A DNA stretch of 64,000 nt from Macrostomum hystrix (lineage: Eukaryota > Animalia > Platyhelminthes), in the NCBI GenBank assembly GCA_950097015.1, contig CATNEN010000013.1, forward strand, positions 558,001 through 622,000, written 5' to 3'. The stretch's first letter is position 1, and each line of letters starts with the position of its first letter. The notes under the pieces were generated by a model, which did no database searches, had not been told where the DNA came from, and saw only the letters and a list, made by a program, of their open reading frames with translations. Shown here piece by piece: positions 57,687 through 64,000 of the stretch. The translations under genes were made by a program, and so were the position numbers.

Positions 57687-58353
57687 ATGTTCGACGAAGA
57701 AAGTGAGGACAGCTTTGATTCCATCGACGAAGTTGACGAGCCCGTGGAACGAGGGCCATATGCCTAGATAAGCGACGAGAAGTACGAGCTGATAGTGAGC
57801 GCAGTCAACGGGGTCAGCGAGTCCGGCGCGTGCTGCACACACAACGAGGAGTGCAGGTGAACGTCCTGCAGGCCATTGCACTGGACCTCGGCCTTGTCGA
57901 CCACAGGATCGTCTGCCAGACCCTGACCGCGAACAGGCATTCGTTGAAGAGCTGCTCCAAGCAGTCAGCAACCGCGATGACGCCAACAATGCCGACCATT
58001 TCTGCATTATCATGGATGGCGCTCGATTCCACAACGGATTGCGGATTCCCGAGCAATTTGCGGCTAACTGGCGCGTCGTGGTGCTGCCTCCGTACTCGCC
58101 GTTCCTTAATCCGTTAGAGAGCGCTCACTCGTGCCTGAAGGTGGTGATCAAGCGACAGCTCTCCCAGCCATAAGTGCAGCTGGAACTGGACAACCCGGCT
58201 TCAGAGACCACACTACGCGAGTGGCGTATCCTCGTGCTGCACAGGATCGCAGAAGAAGCGACAGCGGACATAACAGCGGTTAAGTGCGGAGGCTGGTTCC
58301 GGCATATGCTGCGCTACCTGCCTCGCTGCGTTGCGGAGGATGTGATTTTTTGA
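57687..58353 (+). pseudogene. Decayed, internally deleted IS630/Tc1-mariner DDE transposase
   Basis: N-terminal stub MFDEES...RGPYA*ISDEKYELIVSAV, then RGVQVNVLQAIA...TLTA, a frameshift near 57930, then EQAFVEELL...IIMDGARFH...VVLPPYSPFLNPLE...; in-frame TAA at 58171-58173; ends CGGWFRHMLRYLPRC...*. The first catalytic Asp region is missing. Confidence 0.85.
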
Positions 58354-58689
58354 CACTGTTTAATGTTTCCCTTTTCCCTTCTGACTTCCAATTGTCCACG
58401 ATTTTACCATAGACAGTTCGCAGAAAATACACAAAACATTAAAGTGCAGTCCAAATTATATTATACATTTCTCTCCATCCGTTTACTTATCTTCATTCTG
58501 ATTGGCTATCAGTAGATTTACGCTTTTCGACCACCTCACTCTCCGTCTAGCTAACCCTGTTTAGCTCTGTCAATCTGAACTGTTTTCTCTTCCGCACTTC
58601 ACCTACCTTTATTCTGATTGGCTGATAAGAGGAGTTTTACTAGTCCACCACCTCACTCCCTACCTCTGTCCCTTGTTATACCGAACAGC

Positions 58690-58912
58690 CCACCCCGTCA
58701 CTTTACTTATTTGCGGGGGGCCTGGGGCACTTGACGCACAAACACAGGAACGGCATTCCCCCAGGCCGGCGAACGAGGCGGGAGTCGCCCATCGCGCCAT
58801 CTGGACCCTGGACACAGGCACCTCACACACAGCAGCAAGCCAAGAGGGGAAGGGGGCGGCAGCCGGACTGCCTCTCACCCCAGGCCCGCACACGCACAGA
58901 GCCACCCCACAC
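58690..58912 (-). mobile_element. 3' fragment of SINE family C or of its partner LINE
   Basis: tatttgcggggggcctggggcacttgacgcacaa...cccccaggccggcgaacgaggcg...gcccatc...cacacacagcagca aligns with 49937-50135. Confidence 0.7.
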
Positions 58913-60111
58913 TCTGCAGTCCTCCATCTTGATTCTGATTGGCTGCTTTGTAATGAATGGTTCGGCGCTATTTGCCCGCACGAAAGTACCAGTATTGCAA
59001 CTTGTCCTGTCAACCAAAAAATGATTAATAACTTATCAACTTGTGCAAGCGTAGGTGTGATATTTTTCGATCAGAAACTAGGGATAAAAGCTGTATAGGG
59101 ATTTCATGGGCGTTTGGAACAGGAAAGCTGATCCCCTGCCGTGTCAGATGGGCGATGGGGACAAGTAGAGCGGCATGCAGCTGCTGTGCTCAATCTATGA
59201 GGATAATGACAATGAAATTTCCTCTTTTTAGATAGGAATTTTTTGATAGCGAAACTACTCGCTCTACTCTACTCCTCTGGGGTGCGTGAAATTTTATCCC
59301 AGTTTTTATATGAATAATCAAGGCAGAATAATAAATTTTATAACATTCCGATCCTCCGTTGAACTTCCGTTAGTTCTAGAATAAAAAATGTGCGCTACAG
59401 TTGACTTTCATAAATTCAGCAGCTATAGCAGCAGTGCGCAGCCCACTCAAGCTAAAATTGCAGCTTTGGCAAGTTTATCAAACACACGAATCTGCCAACA
59501 ATCAGTGCAACTCTGCATGGCAAAGTACCAAATTGTTTAATAAAATTTTAACTCTACGCAAGTATGACATTTTATCAACAAGCTAGATTGCTTAGCTGAG
59601 AAACTTTCATTTCTAGATTCCTGTTTCGGTTCGTTTATTTAGAATTATTTTCTGTCGTCGTCTGTCGATTCAATCCCCACTCTTAGTTGTTTTTGGGAAT
59701 CGTTATGTAAGTCAGGTTCAATATTTTTAGGGCTATAGCCTATAGATTCCTATTATCTTGTGGCTTACATCCAATAGTTGATCCATAGCGACTGCCTTGC
59801 CGGCTTAGATAGAAAACAAAGTATGATAGGGGGGATTTTTCCCTCATAAATAGCGAAATCTATCCCAGTCGATTTTGCTACAACAGGTCAAAACCTACGC
59901 GACAGATGCTTCCATATAAATTGTAACTGACGTTTTTCTGATAATCTCTGAGAGACCTCGTGCAGTCACTCTTGAGAGAGAAATGACAGGTCGATTAACT
60001 AATTACTGATCAATACTATCATGTGGTTCGATTGCATGCATTATTTTATTTAAATTTTGCCCGCGATTTCCGCTTACTGGGCACTCTCATCCACTTCTCC
60101 ACCACGCTTAT

Positions 60112-61606
60112 CCCCACCCCGGCCACTCTTATTCCCACCCGGCCACTCTTATCCCATCCCGACCACTCAAATCCCCTTCCCGACCACTCAAATCCCCTTC
60201 CCTATCCCGACCACTCTTATCCCCTTCCCTATCCCGACCACTCTTATCCCCTTCCCTATCCCGACCACTCTTATCCCCTTCCCTATCCCGACCACTCTTA
60301 TCCCCTTCCCTATCCCGACCACTCTTATCCCCTTCCCTATCCCGACCACTCTTATCCCCTTCCCTATCCCGACCACTCTTATCCCCTTCCCTATCCCGAC
60401 CAATCTTATCCCCTTCCCTATCCTGACCACTCTTATCCCCTTCCCTATCCCGACCACTCTTATCCCCTTCCCTATCCCGACCACTCTTATCCCCTTCCCT
60501 ATCCCGACCACTCTTATCCCCTTCCCTATCCCGACCACTCTTATCCCCTTCCCTATCCCGACCAATCTTATCCCCTTCCCTATCCTGACCACTCTTATCC
60601 CCTTCCCTATCCTGACCACTCTTATCCCCTTCCCTATCCCGACCACTCTTATCCCCTTCCCTATCCCGACCACTCTTATCCCCTTCCCTATCCCGACCAC
60701 TCTTATCCCCTTCCCTATCCCGACCACTCTTATCCCCTTCCCTATCCCGACCACTCTTATCCCCTTCCCTATCCTGACCACTCTTATCCCCTTCCCTATC
60801 CCGACCACTCTTATCCCCTTCCCTATCCCGACCACTCTTATCCCCTTCACTATCCCGACCACTCTTATCCCCTTCCCTATTCCGACCACTCTTATCCCCT
60901 TCCCTATTCCGACCACTCTTATCCCCTTCCCTATCCCGACCACTCTTATCCCCTTCCCTATCCCGACCACTATTATCCCCTTCCCTATCCCGACCACTAT
61001 TATCCCCTTCCCTATCCCGACCACTCTTATCCCCTTCCCTATCCCGACCACTCTTATCCCCTTCCCTATCCCGACCACTCTTATCCCCTTCCCTATCCCG
61101 ACCACTCTTATCCCCTTCCCTTCTCGATCACTCTTATCCCCTTCCCTATCCCGACCACTCTTATCCCCTTCCCTATCCCGACCACTCTTATCCCCTTCCC
61201 TATCCCGACCACTCTTATCCCCTTCCCTATCCCGACCACTCTTATCCCCTTCCCTATCCCGACCACTCTTATCCCCTTCCCTATCCCGACCACTCTTATC
61301 CCCTTCCCTATCCCGACCACTCTTATCCCCTTCCCTATCCCGACCACTCTTATCCCCTTCCCTATCCCGACCACTCTTATCCCCTTCCCTATCCCGACCA
61401 CTCTTATCCCCTTCCCTATCCCGACCACTCTTATCCCCTTCCCTATCCCGACCACTCTTATCCCCTTCCCTATCCCGACCACTCTTATCCCCTTCCCTAT
61501 CCCGACCACTCTTATCCCCTTCCCTATCCCGACCACTCTTATCCCCTTCCCTATCCCGACCACTCTTATCCCCTTCCCTATCCCGACCACTCTTATCCCC
61601 TTCCAA
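60112..61606. repeat. 27-bp minisatellite CTATCCCGACCACTCTTATCCCCTTCC, about 53 units
   Basis: Direct reading; source of the YPLPYPDHS and GKGIRVVGI ORFs. Confidence 0.97.
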
Positions 61607-62334
61607 TTCCAAGGGGCAATTTCGATTTCAAGAAAATGTTCAAAAGTTTATAAAATTACAGTCTTAATATCAATCACGTGCCACCTGTTTATATTCGATT
61701 AGCCACATAATATTGCATGCGATTAAGGGACAGTTTTGTACACATCACATTGTGATGAAGTAAATAATTAGCAAAGCAAAATAATTTAAATTCAGATTAT
61801 GATGTGCTAATTAAAAATAAATTTACAAACAACAATTATTTCTCCTGCAGAGGTTGTACATTTTTGTTCAAAAAATTTGGTAGTAGGGACTATCAATAAC
61901 AAACTGACTATAGCCATTGTAGGCCAATTTCAGCCCTGAATTTCGGTCTATCAGACTTTACAGGAAACAGAATTTCATTTCTACTGAGTGCTTCCGTGCA
62001 GCAAAATATTCATGTAGCAAATATCGAGACGAGTAGAGATTTAGAGCAGCTATATAATGCGAAGCATTCACACATACCCGATTGCAAAAAAGCATTTGTT
62101 TCCTAATCGGACGGTTGCTATAGGCTTTGGGAGAATTTTAGGAGATTGCGTTTAAGCGATGGATAATTATGGACAATTATTATATCTGCATTTAGACTTG
62201 TCAAAAATTTTGAATAGATTGGTGGATATTTGACAGACTGATTATATAAATTGACAGATAGATTGACATATAGGTAAGGTATTGTATAGGTATATAGGTA
62301 TAGGTATAGGCATTGACATATATCCATATATATA

Positions 62335-62890
62335 TATGGATTGACAGATAGATTTAATAGAGTTATAGATCGATAGGTAGATTAAATTGACTGATAGATT
62401 GACAGTTAAGATTAGATGGATTGGTAGATTAGATGGATTGATAGATTAGATGGATTGATAGATTAGATGGATTGATAGGAAATTGACAGGTAAGATTAGA
62501 TGGATTGGTAGATTAGATGGATTGATAGATTAGATGGATTGATAGATTAGATGGATTGATAGATTAGATGGATTGATAGGAAATTGACAGGTAAGATTAG
62601 ATGGATTGGTAGATTAGATGGATTGATAGATTAGATGGATTGATAGATTAGATGGATTGATAGGAAATTGACAGGTAAGATTAGATGGATTGGTAGATTA
62701 GATGGATTGATAGATTAGATGGATTGATAGATTAGATGGATTGATAGATTAGATGGATTGATAGGAAATTGACAGATAAGATTAGATGGATTGGTAGATT
62801 GACAGGTAAAGATTAAATGAATTTATAGGTAGACATGTAGATTTGACAGATACGGAAATAGATCAGATAGATTGATTGACTGGTAGATTA
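62335..62890. repeat. 17-bp repeat GATTAGATGGATTGATA with a recurring spacer GGAAATTGACAGGTAA (higher-order structure)
   Basis: Direct reading. Confidence 0.9.
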
Positions 62891-63473
62891 GAGGAATAGA
62901 TGCGTAGATAGACGGACTTAACAGAGCGGAAGCGGGATCGTACTGAAACGCGTTCCAGCTGCCATTTCGTTGGCTGCCCTGGAATGGGAGAATAATATTC
63001 TTTTATGGGACTTTAGCACGCGAATCCCCAAGGGGCGGGCCGGAACAGTCTAATGATAGGATTCTTTTAGGGGGCATGCTCTGTTGGCCGCAGTCGCACG
63101 GATAGAAGCAAAGTTTAGCGCAATAGACTGGAGTGCCAGAGCGGATCTGAGGTTAGGGATTGGGTTGCGCCCGGCCTCCGAGTTACAACAGACGAATGGA
63201 TTGATTCGGGAATCCACCGCTCGCGGGGCGCACTTTTCCCACTTTCCATTTGCACTTGAACCTCGGTGAGCTGACACAGAGAGCAGAAGGAACTGCCACT
63301 CGTTTTTTTTATTTTTTTAACGAAGCCTTTGAGCTGTCTGTCGGCAGGAGCGGTAATTGCGATCTGGCTTTCTGCTTTCTTTTTTTACCTACACACCGTC
63401 TCACAATCTGATCAGGCAGCTCAAGGTGACTTGTTTGGGAGTGAATGAATTCAACAGGTCAATTGGGTTTTCT

Positions 63474-64000
63474 TCAGCTCAGAATTCGCAACAGCTGCAT
63501 TGCGGTGAAGGCTAGCGTGACGGTTGACAAATGCGGGCCCGCTGATGAGACGGCAGTCGGGCCGGAGCTCAGGTACTCGAGGCCGAGGCCGAGGCTCCAG
63601 CCCAGTGCGTCGCTGTTGCCCAGAGCGGAGAATTCGGCAGCCTCCGGCAGCCGCAGGCCGTGGCTGAGCAGCGCCGAGATGACGGCCGTGCTGATGCAAT
63701 AGTAGGGCGAGAAGCGGTCTGATCTTGGCGGGTCGCTGCAGACTCGACGGACGGCCCCAGCCAAATCGCCGACGGTGCCAGTGAAGGCGTTGCAGCGCAA
63801 GCCGCGGCTGACCGCAGCCCGGCAGGTTGCGTCATCGGGCCGAATGTTCGGCGCCAGGCCGTTCTGGTGGAGGAACTGGACCAGGAAGTACACGCTGCCA
63901 ATGCCGTACAGAGGCCAGTGGCTGCCGCCGCGAGCAAGGTCGACTTCGTCGTGCACTTCGAGCTGTCGGACCAGGCGTCGGGCCAGATCGGAGCAGACGT
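63474..64000 (-). CDS. GDA1/CD39 family ecto-NTPDase (apyrase), 3' part only; the gene continues beyond the window
   Basis: Open frame from the window edge (VCSDLARRLV...) to TGA at 63474-63476. Contains YGIGSVYF, conserved-type Cys residues (YYCIST), ACR5-like GWSLG and a hydrophobic C-terminus. Confidence 0.75.
   Translation of the reverse strand, partial: VCSDLARRLVRQLEVHDEVDLARGGSHWPLYGIGSVYFLVQFLHQNGLAPNIRPDDATCRAAVSRGLRCNAFTGTVGDLAGAVRRVCSDPPRSDRFSPYYCISTAVISALLSHGLRLPEAAEFSALGNSDALGWSLGLGLEYLSSGPTAVSSAGPHLSTVTLAFTAMQLLRILS

Noticed and set aside
57520-58420. Terminal inverted repeats for the Tc1-like relic (tgtctatgg / ccatagaca)
   Set aside because: Only about 9 bp match, the left copy is explained by a local hairpin, and no TA target duplication was found.
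60023-61702. 559-aa YPLPYPDHS ORF and its alternative frames
   Set aside because: A 27-bp repeat that is open in several frames on both strands, with no unique domain or splice context.
2684-62890. Regular repeat arrays read as CRISPR arrays
   Set aside because: The units are contiguous with no unique spacers, no cas genes are present, and the context is intron-containing eukaryotic DNA.

Overview
Eukaryotic (animal) genomic DNA. AT-rich intergenic sequence, GC-rich exons, GT-AG introns and about 40% tandem repeat (my rough sum of array spans is about 26 kb) suggest a free-living flatworm such as Macrostomum; this is inference. I reconstructed by hand five complete genes: a 10-exon ZU5/death-domain gene (DTHD1-like, minus), BBS2 (4 exons, plus), an NHL-repeat gene (minus), a SREB-like orphan class A GPCR (plus) and an ankyrin-tailed L-asparaginase (ASPG, 4 exons, plus). 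A sixth, four-exon gene of unknown function (46149-55805, minus) appears in the ORF track only as fragments because satellite arrays of over 3 kb fill two of its introns. The 3' end of a GDA1/CD39 NTPDase gene runs off the right edge. The window also holds about 25 mostly unrelated minisatellites (12-71 bp units), three tRNA-headed SINE families (one with a CORE-like domain, one inserted into a satellite with an 8-bp target duplication), a hAT/Charlie-like terminus and a dead IS630/Tc1 transposase. Most long ORFs in the track are repeat artefacts. I found no CRISPR array, rRNA gene or intact tRNA gene.
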